Part shown: positions 16,271 through 25,724 of the stretch, piece after piece
Layout: the number at the start of each line of letters is the position of its first letter
How positions within the stretch are numbered: the first letter of the stretch is position 1
DNA from: Pelagibacteraceae bacterium AG-325-C03
GTDB taxonomy: Bacteria > Pseudomonadota > Alphaproteobacteria > Pelagibacterales > Pelagibacteraceae
NCBI GenBank assembly: GCA_003283025.1
Contig: QBYC01000001.1
Span: forward strand, 13,308 to 77,307
Reading direction: 5' to 3'
DNA length: 64,000 nucleotides
Made by a program: the position numbers and the translations under genes
The notes under the pieces: generated by a model
The model's input: only the letters and a program-made list of their open reading frames with translations
Databases searched by the model: none
Told to the model about the DNA's origin: nothing

Positions 16271-16642
16271 ATGTCTAACTTTGAAAGTGTAAAAAAATTT
16301 ATGAAAACATTTGGTCAAGAAATTAGAGAAAAAGCAAGTTTTCCTAATGAAAAGATAATTACACTTAGGTATGATTTGATTATGGAGGAACTTGAAGAAT
16401 TGAAAGAAGCAATAGACAACAAAGATTTAAAAGAAGTAGCGGATGCTCTGACAGATATCCTTTATGTTACATATGGGGCAGGTCATGCGTTTGGTATTAA
16501 TTTAGATAAATGTTTTGAAGAGGTTCAAAATTCAAATATGAGCAAACTTGGTACTGACGGTAAACCAATTTATAATGATAAAGGGAAAGTAATGAAGGGA
16601 CCTAATTACTTTAAACCTGATTTAAGAAAATTTCTATCATGA
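16271..16642 (+). CDS. All-alpha NTP pyrophosphohydrolase (MazG-like/PRA-PH family)
   Basis: EELEEL...[33 protein letters not shown]. Confidence 0.85.
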   Translation: MSNFESVKKFMKTFGQEIREKASFPNEKIITLRYDLIMEELEELKEAIDNKDLKEVADALTDILYVTYGAGHAFGINLDKCFEEVQNSNMSKLGTDGKPIYNDKGKVMKGPNYFKPDLRKFLS

Positions 16643-16722
16643 TGAAAGATAATTACTATTGGATATTATTAGGAGTAGCTGTTGGAATATTAATTTATTT
16701 AAGCGATAAATATATTTTTTAA
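16639..16722 (+). CDS. Small single-TM protein (27 aa, [27 protein letters not shown])
   Basis: ATG overlaps the upstream TGA; hydrophobic helix; below the ORF-track cutoff. Confidence 0.5.
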   Translation: MMKDNYYWILLGVAVGILIYLSDKYIF

Positions 16723-16794
16723 TAAAAATAAGCATTGGTATCTTAGGCGATTCCTTAATTGTACCCACTAATAAAACTGAATATGATAAAAATC

Positions 16795-17577
16795 ATGAAA
16801 GAGTTAAATAAAAAAGAATTAGATAGATATGCAAAAAAGATTTTAGAGGATTACGATAGTAATAATCCAAGCTCAATTTTCAAAACTAAATTACAAATAA
16901 GCAATGACGATGCATTACTCTTGCAAGCAAAAGTCTCAAAATTCAGAGTCAATAGAGGTGAGGAAATTTTAGGTTATAAAATCGGATGTATTGATAAAGA
17001 AACTCAAAAAAAAATGGGTTTTGATCAACCTGCCTGGGGAACACTCTGGAAAAGTGAATTACATCAAAGCGGCGTTGAACTAAAAAAAAAAAATTATTCT
17101 AATCCCGCAATGGAAGCAGAATTTGGAATTAAGTTGAGTCGGGATATTGATCCAAAACTAGTTTCTTTTGAATATATTATAGAGTCTATAGAGTCAATTT
17201 ATCCTCTAATAGAAATTCATAATTTAATTTTTAATGGAGTCGAGCCACACGGAGCAGAACTTCTTGCGAATAATGCTTTGCATGCTGGAATTGTTTTAGG
17301 ACCTGAAACTAAGATTTCTAAAGATAAAGAAACAACCGATCTTAAACTAATCTATGATAGAGAAACAGTTGATATTTGGACAGAAAAAAGATGGCCTTTT
17401 GATATTTTGTCTAAAGTTGAATGGTTAATTAAAGAGCAAGCGAAAATAAAAAATATATTAAAAAAAAATGATTTTATTCTAACTGGCGCATACGGATTTC
17501 CAGTTCCTATTAATAATAAAAAACTTGTCGAAGTTAAATCATCTTTATTTGGCGAAGTAAAAGCAACATTCAATTAA
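16795..17577 (+). CDS. 2-keto-4-pentenoate hydratase-like (FAH family)
   Basis: GYKIG, PAMEAEFG, LANNALHAG, FILTG motifs. Confidence 0.8.
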   Translation: MKELNKKELDRYAKKILEDYDSNNPSSIFKTKLQISNDDALLLQAKVSKFRVNRGEEILGYKIGCIDKETQKKMGFDQPAWGTLWKSELHQSGVELKKKNYSNPAMEAEFGIKLSRDIDPKLVSFEYIIESIESIYPLIEIHNLIFNGVEPHGAELLANNALHAGIVLGPETKISKDKETTDLKLIYDRETVDIWTEKRWPFDILSKVEWLIKEQAKIKNILKKNDFILTGAYGFPVPINNKKLVEVKSSLFGEVKATFN

Positions 17578-17940
17578 ATGTATGCATTGTTTGCAAATCT
17601 AACTTTAATCACACATTTTATTTTTATTTTATTTGTGATTTTTGGCGGGCTACTTTTTTTTATTTTTTCAAAAATTATTTATATTCATCTTCCAGCATTA
17701 ATTTGGGGGATTTATATTGAACTAACTAGCTCCATTTGCCCATTAACTTACCTAGAAAATTGGTTCTTATATAGAGGCGGTCTAACAACCTATTCCGGCA
17801 ATTTTTTAAATAAATATCTTTATACAATAATTTATCCCGAGTACCTAAATACTGATATTCAAATATATCTCAGCATAACACTTATAGTCTTCAATATCTT
17901 TATATATGGATTGATTTTAAAAAATTTGAATAGAAAATAA
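17578..17940 (+). CDS. DUF2784-like membrane protein
   Basis: HFIFILFVIFG, HLPA..WG...E....CPLTYLEN signature. Confidence 0.8.
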   Translation: MYALFANLTLITHFIFILFVIFGGLLFFIFSKIIYIHLPALIWGIYIELTSSICPLTYLENWFLYRGGLTTYSGNFLNKYLYTIIYPEYLNTDIQIYLSITLIVFNIFIYGLILKNLNRK

Positions 17941-17960
17941 GGGGACGTTGCAAGTTGCAG

Positions 17961-18329
17961 TTAGCGTTTAAGTTTTATTGGTTTACCGTATTTATTTTTC
18001 TTTTTCTCACCTTCTGTGCACCAAACAACAATTAAAATTATTGAAGCTATAATCCCAACATAAGGAATATAAGCTGTTAGCTGCCACCATCCAGATTTAC
18101 CCGTATCATGTAATCGTCTAGCTGTTACTGCTAATGCAGGAATAAAAACTACAAAACCAAAAATAATAAGAATTGCGAAAAAAAACGGCGCTTGCACAGC
18201 TATAAACATTCCAAGAAAATATACTATTATCCCAAATAAATAAAAATACCAGAACTCAGATCTTGATGCCCTTCCATTGAAATCAGAAAACTTTTTAAAA
18301 CAAGTTTTGATTGAGTTTTGAAAATTCAT
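17961..18329 (-). CDS. DUF805 inner membrane protein
   Basis: FNGRASRSEFW, RRLHDTGKSGWW, NKYG motifs. Confidence 0.9.
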   Translation of the reverse strand: MNFQNSIKTCFKKFSDFNGRASRSEFWYFYLFGIIVYFLGMFIAVQAPFFFAILIIFGFVVFIPALAVTARRLHDTGKSGWWQLTAYIPYVGIIASIILIVVWCTEGEKKKNKYGKPIKLKR

Positions 18330-18365
18330 ATTTAATTATTTAAACTAAAAAATTTAAAATTAAAA

Positions 18366-18387
18366 GGGGCGTTCTATCACCAGGTGC
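18366..18387 (+). repeat. Degenerate copy of tmRNA 3' tail
   Basis: GGGGCGTTCTATCACCAGGTGC, 19/22 match to 28706-28727. Confidence 0.85.
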
Positions 18388-18395
18388 TCATTAAT

Positions 18396-18710
18396 CTAGC
18401 AGCCTTTTTTTTCTTTCAATTTGTTTAAATGCAACGCCCTTTCTCTTGCGGCTTTTGTGGCTTCTTCAATGTTTTTTAATGTAACTCCATAACCTGGTAA
18501 AAAGAAAAGTATTGCTCCGATGTTGTGAGGTGTGCCTGTTTTTTTTGCTTGTTGAGCTTCATCTGCATATTGATTTGCTTTTAAAATTTCAGCACTTAAT
18601 TCTTTACAATTCATTTCACTATCGTTTGCTCCGATTACGTTAACTACAGTTGGAGTTGCGCATGATGCACTAAATAAAAATAAAGTTAAAAGTGTTAAGA
18701 TTTTTTTCAT
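18396..18710 (-). CDS. Hypothetical lipoprotein
   Basis: MKKILTLLTLFLFSASC lipobox; second Met taken as start. Confidence 0.7.
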   Translation of the reverse strand: MKKILTLLTLFLFSASCATPTVVNVIGANDSEMNCKELSAEILKANQYADEAQQAKKTGTPHNIGAILFFLPGYGVTLKNIEEATKAARERALHLNKLKEKKGC

Positions 18711-18728
18711 AAATTTATTCATTATTAA

Positions 18729-18765
18729 GGGGCGCTATCTTGCCAGGTGCCGTGAACCTTGTAAC
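18729..18765 (+). repeat. Degenerate tmRNA tail copy plus start of class I left arm
   Basis: GGGGCGCTATCTTGCCAGGTGCC (20/23) followed by GTGAACCTTGTAAC, similar to 23186 onward. Confidence 0.85.
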
Positions 18766-18901
18766 ATTTTTCCTTATTATACGCTATTTGCAATTATTAA
18801 AAATCTAAAATTTTGATGATAATTGCGTCACATACACGTCTCAACTTATGCTAGGATCTTGGTTATGAAAAAAATTTTTGAATATAAATAAGGAGGTTAA
18901 T

Positions 18902-19216
18902 ATGGGAATACTAGTCAAAGGTGAAATTACAATCTCTAAAGGATTTAAAACCTGGAAAGAGATGGTTTATGCTCAGGACGAAAAATTAAAAGAACATGGA
19001 ATAAAATTTATTTTTGCAGGCACACAAAAAGATGATCCATCAAAACTACATACAGTAATGCAATTTCCAAACATGGAAGCACTCCAAGCTTTTAAGGATG
19101 ATAAGCAACTTACTGAAAAAAGAAGGGCAGCTGGAGCTGTTATAGAAACTGCTGTAATGACACCAATTTCAGATGAGTATATTACTAACTATCCAGATGC
19201 ATATACTAATCACTAA
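18902..19216 (+). CDS. DUF3764-like small protein
   Basis: AGGAGG RBS before ATG 18902; F..WK......KLKEHGIKFIFAG..KDDP..., R..AGA pattern. Confidence 0.7.
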   Translation: MGILVKGEITISKGFKTWKEMVYAQDEKLKEHGIKFIFAGTQKDDPSKLHTVMQFPNMEALQAFKDDKQLTEKRRAAGAVIETAVMTPISDEYITNYPDAYTNH

Positions 19217-19240
19217 GGGTTTAGGTTCTAATAAATTTAA

Positions 19241-20140
19241 ATGAAAAAACATTTAGTAATCCTAATTCTTTTTTTAAATTTTAGTACTCAAGCTTTATCA
19301 AGGGAGCTTTCTTGTAAAGATAATCCTAAATGTAAAAATTTTCCAAAAGTTACAAAAATACAAGGTATTAAATATCCTTTAACTATGGTTCAGAAACAAA
19401 AAAGTGAAAAACCAACTGGAGATGATTATTATATTTTTCATTTTAAACCATTAGATAAAAAACCGTCTCCTTATGTAGTTATCATACCAACGAGTGGAGG
19501 TATTGGTGAGGCTGCTGCCGTTACAAAAGAAAGATATACAAAAAAATTACTTCAAAAAGGATTTGGTGTAATTATTTTAGACATATTTTACAATACTGGT
19601 ATAACAAAGGGCACGATTACGAGGGGTCCAGCCTCTAGCATGGGAGCTTTAAGTTCAATAGAATACTTAAAATCTGAATTTCCCAATCTTACAAATAATA
19701 AGTTTGGTATCGTTGGTGGTAGCAGAGGAGGTATGACTGTTTTATCTTTAGCTGGAGAACTTATAAGAGAAAATTATCTTTATAAAAATGTTAAACACTG
19801 GTTTGATGCAGGCGTTGCTTTTTATCCGTCGTGTGGAAAACAAAAACTTTTAATGCCAGTAGTTGTTTTTATTGGGGAGCTAGATGAATGGGTTTCATCC
19901 ACTAATTGTAAAATGTGGAAAAATAGTGACCCAGAACAAATAGCATCAGGAATGTTGCAAATTTTTATTTATAATAATGCACATCATGGTTTTAATAGAG
20001 AACTGCATAAAAAACTTGTCAGATCTACGGAACAAAACCATGATTATGTCGGTAGAGCCAGTCAATATAATGAAAAAGCAGATAAAGATTCAGAAATTAA
20101 GATGATAGAATTCTTTGAAAAAAAACTAAGATTTCATTGA
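19241..20140 (+). CDS. Secreted dienelactone-hydrolase-family alpha/beta hydrolase
   Basis: Signal peptide; GGSRGG nucleophile elbow, FYPSC, GELDEW, AHHGF. Confidence 0.8.
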   Translation: MKKHLVILILFLNFSTQALSRELSCKDNPKCKNFPKVTKIQGIKYPLTMVQKQKSEKPTGDDYYIFHFKPLDKKPSPYVVIIPTSGGIGEAAAVTKERYTKKLLQKGFGVIILDIFYNTGITKGTITRGPASSMGALSSIEYLKSEFPNLTNNKFGIVGGSRGGMTVLSLAGELIRENYLYKNVKHWFDAGVAFYPSCGKQKLLMPVVVFIGELDEWVSSTNCKMWKNSDPEQIASGMLQIFIYNNAHHGFNRELHKKLVRSTEQNHDYVGRASQYNEKADKDSEIKMIEFFEKKLRFH

Positions 20141-20219
20141 AAATTCGACAGAGCATCGGCATGCTAGGTTGAATTACTTAAACTAGAAATATTAATTAAG
20201 GAAAGTTGTAAAGTTGTAA

Positions 20220-20232
20220 GGGGCGTTCTGTT
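20220..20232 (+). repeat. Truncated tmRNA tail copy
   Basis: GGGGCGTTCTGTT, exact 13-mer, then diverges. Confidence 0.75.
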
Positions 20233-20459
20233 TTACCCCTTAAACCAGTATATAACAGAAAATAAGACTTTTTGGAACGACTTCATTGAGAGTTTTAACT
20301 TTTGTCCTAAACCTTGTTTTGAAACTTCATTGAAATCGGGGGCAATTATTCTCTTATCGTACCCTAAAACCATAAATTGCCTTTACATTTGATATTTCAA
20401 TTTTTTAAAACAAATAAATATATTTATTTGTTTTAAAAATATTTCTATAATTATTTAGT

Positions 20460-21488
20460 ATGAGAAAAATTTTATGGATTATAATTTTAATATTTCCTTT
20501 TTTTACATCGCATTCGTTTTCAGAAAAATACTCAATTACAAATCCTGAAAAATTCCAAGATGAAAAACAAAAAAGTTATCATTGTAACTTAAGCAACGAT
20601 ATAAATAAAAAAAGTTGTAGTGGTTGCGAAAATTATTCAACACGGACTATCTGTTGCTATGATGAGGATGGAAAAGAAATATGGAAAGATCCGCAATATA
20701 GTAATTCAAGAGTAAAATATTTTGGTGAGGTCAATAAAAACGAAAATATTGATACAGATTGGTATCTATTTGATGCTTGGGGAATTAAACATAAAAGAGG
20801 AATAGAAAAAAAATATAAACATGGCAAAAGTTTAGGGGTTTGTATAAAGCAAGATGGGACTGGTTTTTATTATACCGCCGTAAAATCATATTCAGCAAGA
20901 GCAGGAAAAAAACAATCTTGGGTAAATATCACTTCTCTTATTGGTAAAAGGGCATGGACAGGAAGTTCTGGAAATCGTTATGGAGAATCAAATAAAGATT
21001 TTCCTATATCCGTCGGAGAAATTAAGAAATTCCAACTTGCCTACGATTATAATTTTAAATCTAAAGGAACCTATAACAACAATATAACTTTTTTTTTGAG
21101 ACATCCTGATGATGTTAAACCTTTTATTGAAATTATGTTAAAATTTGATGCTACAGCAAGAAAACATAAAAAAATAAGATTTAAAAATCTTAAAACTAAT
21201 AATTATGAATTTATAGTTTGGTCGAATAAAGGACAAGAATCAAAAAGAAAAATTGAAGGTTTAGAATATTTCTTTTCTATAGACTCTTTTGAAAGAAATA
21301 CAAAAATTAATAAAGATGGAAACTATTCTATAGATATCAATCTAAAACAGGTTTTTGATTATTTAGTAGAGAGAAAATTAGTTAAAAATACTGATATCGT
21401 GCCAGGAATAGAGGTTACTACCGAAATATGGGATGGTATTGGAGAAATGAAAATCAAAAAATTGAAATATCAGATTGTTAAGGAATGA
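20460..21488 (+). CDS. Secreted protein with GH12-like C-terminal domain
   Basis: Signal peptide ending SHSFS; YN..ITFFL, EIML, INLKQVFDYLV, GIEVTTEIWDG resemble GH12 motifs. Confidence 0.55.
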   Translation: MRKILWIIILIFPFFTSHSFSEKYSITNPEKFQDEKQKSYHCNLSNDINKKSCSGCENYSTRTICCYDEDGKEIWKDPQYSNSRVKYFGEVNKNENIDTDWYLFDAWGIKHKRGIEKKYKHGKSLGVCIKQDGTGFYYTAVKSYSARAGKKQSWVNITSLIGKRAWTGSSGNRYGESNKDFPISVGEIKKFQLAYDYNFKSKGTYNNNITFFLRHPDDVKPFIEIMLKFDATARKHKKIRFKNLKTNNYEFIVWSNKGQESKRKIEGLEYFFSIDSFERNTKINKDGNYSIDINLKQVFDYLVERKLVKNTDIVPGIEVTTEIWDGIGEMKIKKLKYQIVKE

Positions 21489-22306
21489 AAAAATTATCTC
21501 TATATTTTTTTCTAGTTTTAATGTTTTCTCTTTTTAATTCACATTCGTTTGCTGAGACTAAGATTAAATATAAGACTTATAAGAAATTACCATGTAAATT
21601 TAATGGAGCAAGAGTAACTGCCACAGCGAGTCCAAATGAATATAAACCCATGGGTAGAGCAGTATGTTTAAAAAACAAGAAAGCAGGTTACTCTGGAAAA
21701 ATGGGAACCAGTATAGAAATTCGAAGAGGAACTCCCGTATTCGCTATAAAAGATATGGAATTGATGTTTGCAACTGATTACAGTTCTGAATTCTCTTGTA
21801 AAATTAATAATTTATCTCAAGTTAGACACAAAGGAGAAAAAAACAAAATTCTTAGTCATCCAATTACAGGAGAAAAAATTAGATGTAGATACCCATTTGA
21901 TGGAGTAAGTTTACAATTTAAAACTTGGGATAACGATATTGTATTATTTTATCATCTAATGCCCAACACACCCTTAGTTCCAGGATTTGGCAAAGGCAAA
22001 TGTAAAATAAGAAAATTTTATCAAATAGAAATTCCTAACCAAAGATCAAAAATAAAAGTTTATGATAGTGATTGTGGTGGGATTAAGAAAAAATTTATAA
22101 AGAAAGGTGAAATTATAGGTTATGTAGGTCACGCAACCAATGATCATGTATCTTTTAATATAAGTCCAAAACAAAAAGGTTTCTTAAACTCCCCTGAAAA
22201 AAAAGAACATGGTTTATTATGGGAAAATTATCCTAAAAATCCAAACGCATTTTTATTACCAATCATGTCCAAAAAATATCTTAAAGAAATTGGGTATATC
22301 GATTAG
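21485..22306 (+). CDS. Secreted degenerate M23/LytM-fold protein
   Basis: Signal peptide; GTPVFA, FYHL, KKGEIIGYVG..HVSF; paralog of 26424..27338. Confidence 0.65.
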   Translation: MKKLSLYFFLVLMFSLFNSHSFAETKIKYKTYKKLPCKFNGARVTATASPNEYKPMGRAVCLKNKKAGYSGKMGTSIEIRRGTPVFAIKDMELMFATDYSSEFSCKINNLSQVRHKGEKNKILSHPITGEKIRCRYPFDGVSLQFKTWDNDIVLFYHLMPNTPLVPGFGKGKCKIRKFYQIEIPNQRSKIKVYDSDCGGIKKKFIKKGEIIGYVGHATNDHVSFNISPKQKGFLNSPEKKEHGLLWENYPKNPNAFLLPIMSKKYLKEIGYID

Positions 22307-22315
22307 TAATTTGAA

Positions 22316-22347
22316 GGGGCGTTCTGTTGCCAGGTGCCCCAGACCCC
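22316..22347 (+). repeat. Long copy of tmRNA 3' tail
   Basis: GGGGCGTTCTGTTGCCAGGTGCCCCAGACCCC, 31/32 match to 28706-28737. Confidence 0.97.
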
Positions 22348-22362
22348 AATCAAATCATTTAA

Positions 22363-22569
22363 TTAACTTTTAAAAAGATCAAGAGCTTTTTTTAAAAGTT
22401 CATCTGATTTTTTATGATTTCCATCAGAATGAGCTTTTACACCAGCATCATGAAGTTTTTGAGCTTGTTCAATTTTTGATTTAACTTTTCCAGACATCAT
22501 TGGACAAGATCCAGCGAAAGCAGAAGTTGAAAAAAGTATCAAAGTTAAAGTTAATAAAATTTTTTTCAT
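22363..22569 (-). CDS. Small secreted helical protein
   Basis: AAGGA RBS, MKKILLTLTLILFSTSAFA signal, then GSCP. Confidence 0.7.
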   Translation of the reverse strand: MKKILLTLTLILFSTSAFAGSCPMMSGKVKSKIEQAQKLHDAGVKAHSDGNHKKSDELLKKALDLFKS

Positions 22570-22582
22570 AATTTTCCTTTCT

Positions 22583-22705
22583 TTAAAATCCCATATTTGA
22601 CCAATTATCATTTTCTTCAAACTTTTTAAGTTCTTTCTTTGAAGTTGGTCTAAAAAGAATGTATGCTATTAAAATGGCCAAAATTATGAGAATTAATGTT
22701 TCCAT
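22583..22705 (-). CDS. Small single-TM protein (40 aa, METLILIILAILIAYILFRPTSKK...)
   Basis: Read manually: TM helix then charged tail; fills the gap between neighbouring genes. Confidence 0.55.
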   Translation of the reverse strand: METLILIILAILIAYILFRPTSKKELKKFEENDNWSNMGF

Positions 22706-22768
22706 CTGAAATAATTAGCTTGTTAAATAAAAATTTCACTGCGACTTAACAACACCAATTAAAAAATT

Positions 22769-23137
22769 TTATTTGTCTTTTATTTTGTCCCATTCAGCTA
22801 TTCCACCAGAAATATTTTTAACGTTTTGAACTCCCATATCCTTCATAGTTTTGGTTGCTAAAGTTCCTTGCCCACCCAATCCACAGAATACAATATATTC
22901 TTTATCTGGATTCTTCTTAAAGGTATCATTTTCCAAAGGACTACCATCTGCTAGATAAAACTCAAGCAAACCTCTTTCTAAATTGATGGCATTACCAATT
23001 GTACTTTTTGAAAAACTTTCTTTGTCTCTAACATCTATAAATTGAACATTTGGGTCATTCAGTTTTTTTTTAGCATCTGATGCACTAATATTTTCAATTT
23101 CATTACTTACACTCATTAAATCATTAAATTTTTTCAT
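22769..23137 (-). CDS. Rhodanese-like protein
   Basis: IDVR, RGLLEF, FCGLGGQG active-site loop, GGIAEW. Confidence 0.88.
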   Translation of the reverse strand: MKKFNDLMSVSNEIENISASDAKKKLNDPNVQFIDVRDKESFSKSTIGNAINLERGLLEFYLADGSPLENDTFKKNPDKEYIVFCGLGGQGTLATKTMKDMGVQNVKNISGGIAEWDKIKDK

Positions 23138-23163
23138 TTTAATCCTTTCTTTATTTTGAATAA

Positions 23164-23290
23164 GGGCGTTCTGTTGCCAGGTACCGTGAACCTTTTAACG
23201 TTATACAACAATTTTATAGCATAAACATCAATTTAATTACTTGTTGTGATCTTATTGTGCTCGTCAGTGAGTCTAGGTATAATATCTTTT
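23164..23290 (+). repeat. tmRNA tail copy plus class I left arm with promoter
   Basis: GGGCGTTCTGTTGCCAGGTACC, then AACCTTTTAACGTTATACAACAATT, then TGTGATC..TTGTGC-N17-TATAAT. Confidence 0.9.
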
Positions 23291-24523
23291 ATGTCTAAAA
23301 AATTATCTCTCCTTGGATATTTAATTTTATTTACATTTATATTTTTTTTAATTTCAAGTTTCTTTAAGGATCAGTTAATTTATATTGAAGCGGGTCCGAA
23401 AGGTGGTTTTTTTGACACTTCAGCCAATGTCCTAAAAAAAAGATTAAAAGATTATAATATTAACGCAGAAGTAATTAATCGTGAAGATACGGTTAAAATA
23501 GTAGATGATATTAACGATAACAATAAAAACATACATGTAGGTTTTGTAGCTCAAGATTTAAAAAATGCTAAATTCAAAAATGTAGAAGCCCTTGGTTCTT
23601 TGATATTAGAACCTCTATTTATTTTTTATCGTAAAGATTTAGAATTGAATTCTTTAGCTGATTTTAAAGGATTAAAGGTTGGTATTGGTCCAGAAAACTC
23701 TGGAACTAGATTATTAGCAGAAACAATATTAAATCTTTATGGAGTGAATGATGAAAATACTACATTTATTGACCAAACACATTCTATTCACTTTGATATG
23801 ATGGAAAAAGGCGAATTAGATGTAGGTTTTTTTTTATTGCCAGCAAACAATCAATTCGTTTTTAAACTAGGTACAAATCCTAATTTAAAGATCTTTTCAC
23901 TTAAAAATTCAAAAGCAATTTCGAGAAGATTCGACTATTTGTATCCAGAAATAGTACAAGCAGGTGGATTTGATTTAAGAAATAATATTCCTAAAGAAGA
24001 TATACAAGTTGTATCATTACCAGTTGATTTGGTGGCGAAAAAAAATTTGGATCCGTCAATTGTAGTTGCAATTTCTTTAATATTAAAAGAAGAATTTAAA
24101 AAACCTAATATAATTTCTGATGCATCATCGTTTCCATCAATGGAGTACATAAAAAATCTTGAAGTAAACAAAAGAGCAAAAGAAATTATTGAGATGCCTT
24201 TTGGATCATTACCTTTTTTGTATAAATATTTACCTTTTAAATTTGCAGCTTTTATTGATAAATTTGGAGTTAATTTATCCTACATTTTCACAATTGTAAT
24301 CATATTTAGATATATAGGATTTCCTACACCATTTAAATATTATCAAAAGCTAATGGCACATATTTACTTCAAAAAAATTGAAAATATATATAATAAATCA
24401 TTAAATAGTAAACTATCAGAACAAGACATTAAAACTCTGAAAGAAACTGAAAAACGTTTTGAGGAATTTATCGAAAACGAACAAGCGTCTAAGATAATCA
24501 GAGAAATTAAAAAAAAAATTTAA
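23291..24523 (+). CDS. TAXI-family solute-binding protein with C-terminal TM
   Basis: AGPKGG, GFVAQD, EPLFIFYR, DFKGLKVGIGPENSGTR; ATG 7 nt after TATAAT. Confidence 0.8.
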   Translation: MSKKLSLLGYLILFTFIFFLISSFFKDQLIYIEAGPKGGFFDTSANVLKKRLKDYNINAEVINREDTVKIVDDINDNNKNIHVGFVAQDLKNAKFKNVEALGSLILEPLFIFYRKDLELNSLADFKGLKVGIGPENSGTRLLAETILNLYGVNDENTTFIDQTHSIHFDMMEKGELDVGFFLLPANNQFVFKLGTNPNLKIFSLKNSKAISRRFDYLYPEIVQAGGFDLRNNIPKEDIQVVSLPVDLVAKKNLDPSIVVAISLILKEEFKKPNIISDASSFPSMEYIKNLEVNKRAKEIIEMPFGSLPFLYKYLPFKFAAFIDKFGVNLSYIFTIVIIFRYIGFPTPFKYYQKLMAHIYFKKIENIYNKSLNSKLSEQDIKTLKETEKRFEEFIENEQASKIIREIKKKI

Positions 24524-24676
24524 TTTATTTAATCTTATTATAAAGGTATTTTACGCTTTCCCCCTTTTTCAATATTACATAACAACTTTTTCCTTTCTAA
24601 TTCCGTCTCAGCTCCGTCCTGACGGATTGTTTCGTGTTAGAAGTGTTGTAGTTATTATGAAATCAAGAATTACGAG

Positions 24677-24793
24677 GAGGCGTTCTGTTGCCAGGTGCTC
24701 TCAACCTTTTAACGTTATACAACAATTCTAGATTATAAAAAACGGCTATTTCTTTGCTAGGTTTGATCATATTGTGATCGCAAGTGTGATCCA
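24677..24793 (+). repeat. tmRNA tail copy plus class I left arm
   Basis: GAGGCGTTCTGTTGCCAGGTGC plus an arm near-identical to 27969 onward; three TGATC repeats. Confidence 0.92.
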
Positions 24794-24834
24794 ATAGATT
24801 GAAAATTAAAAATAACGAAGGTATGATACTAACT

Positions 24835-25122
24835 ATGAAATCGATATTCAAAACTCTACAACTTATTTTATTTTTAGGATTATTAACTTCTTGTGCAAGC
24901 TATAAACCAATAGTTGATACAGCAGGTAGATCCGGTACATTTGATGAAGATAAAGCAAAAGAAATAAGCAACGATCTTCAACATTGCAAACAATTAGCTA
25001 AAGATAATACAAGTGTTATGAGCAATATTAGTTTCTGGTTTCTTTCACCAACTGCTCAAACTCAATACGAAGATATTTATAGAAAATGCATGATTAATCG
25101 AGGGCATAGCGTTCTAAATTAA
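24835..25122 (+). CDS. Hypothetical lipoprotein
   Basis: LLTSC lipobox; DL..C..LA ... CM..RG.SV pattern; preceded by TTGAAA-N17-TATGAT. Confidence 0.75.
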   Translation: MKSIFKTLQLILFLGLLTSCASYKPIVDTAGRSGTFDEDKAKEISNDLQHCKQLAKDNTSVMSNISFWFLSPTAQTQYEDIYRKCMINRGHSVLN

Positions 25123-25132
25123 ATTTGATACT

Positions 25133-25241
25133 AGGTGCCCTTAACCTTTTAACGTTATACAACAATTCTAGATCATAAAAAACGGCTATTTCTTTGCTGG
25201 GTGTGATCGTATTGTGATCGCCAGTGAGTCCGGATATGATG
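25133..25241 (+). repeat. Truncated tmRNA tail (AGGTGCCC) plus class I left arm with promoter
   Basis: 25141-25241 matches 27969-28069 with 2 mismatches in 101 bp. Confidence 0.95.
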
Positions 25242-25247
25242 AGTCCG

Positions 25248-25724
25248 ATGGTTAAAGATATTAAAGAGGAGCTTGAGAAAGGAAAACGTTATCACGCTGC
25301 TAGCAAAGAAGAAAAGAAGATCCTCGACAATAAATTATTTAAAGAAAATAAACCGACAGACAATTCATCAAAAGATTTTATTGATGATTTTGTTGAAAGC
25401 TTAGGAGAAATTCTTAAAAGCATCAAAAAAAGTATTAGTAGTTCGCAAAGAAATTTAATTAAAAAAACTAATAAAGAAACTATCAAAAAAAAACAAATTT
25501 CTGATATGTCCCGAGAAGAACTTATTAATGAAATTGCTGAAACAAAATATAAGTCTATTTCTCCAAAACAATTAATTGGTGGATGCATTGGTATTATTGC
25601 ATATATAATTGTTAAAGAGTTCGGTGGATGGGGCTGGCACTATGGAGATATAATTGGTTTAGTGTTGTTGGCATTTCTCCCTGGCGCAATATTCATTGGT
25701 GGTATTTTAGAGGACAGAGTATGA
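25248..25724 (+). CDS. Hypothetical protein with two C-terminal TM helices
   Basis: ATG 7 nt after the arm TATGAT; charged N-terminus, hydrophobic C-terminus. Confidence 0.65.
   Translation: MVKDIKEELEKGKRYHAASKEEKKILDNKLFKENKPTDNSSKDFIDDFVESLGEILKSIKKSISSSQRNLIKKTNKETIKKKQISDMSREELINEIAETKYKSISPKQLIGGCIGIIAYIIVKEFGGWGWHYGDIIGLVLLAFLPGAIFIGGILEDRV

Noticed and set aside
16211-16318. N-terminal extension of fumC in the ORF track
   Set aside because: It overlaps the divergent gene and promoter region; FumC homology starts at MKYRTEFDS.
20337-20365. GGGGGCAATT...TACCC as an additional core copy
   Set aside because: Only GGGGC matches; too degenerate to count.
24663-24851. 62-aa minus-strand ORF, and the MSPDMM N-terminal extensions at 25224 and 28052
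   Set aside because: These are translations of the non-coding core and arm repeat; true starts lie 7 nt after the -10 box.
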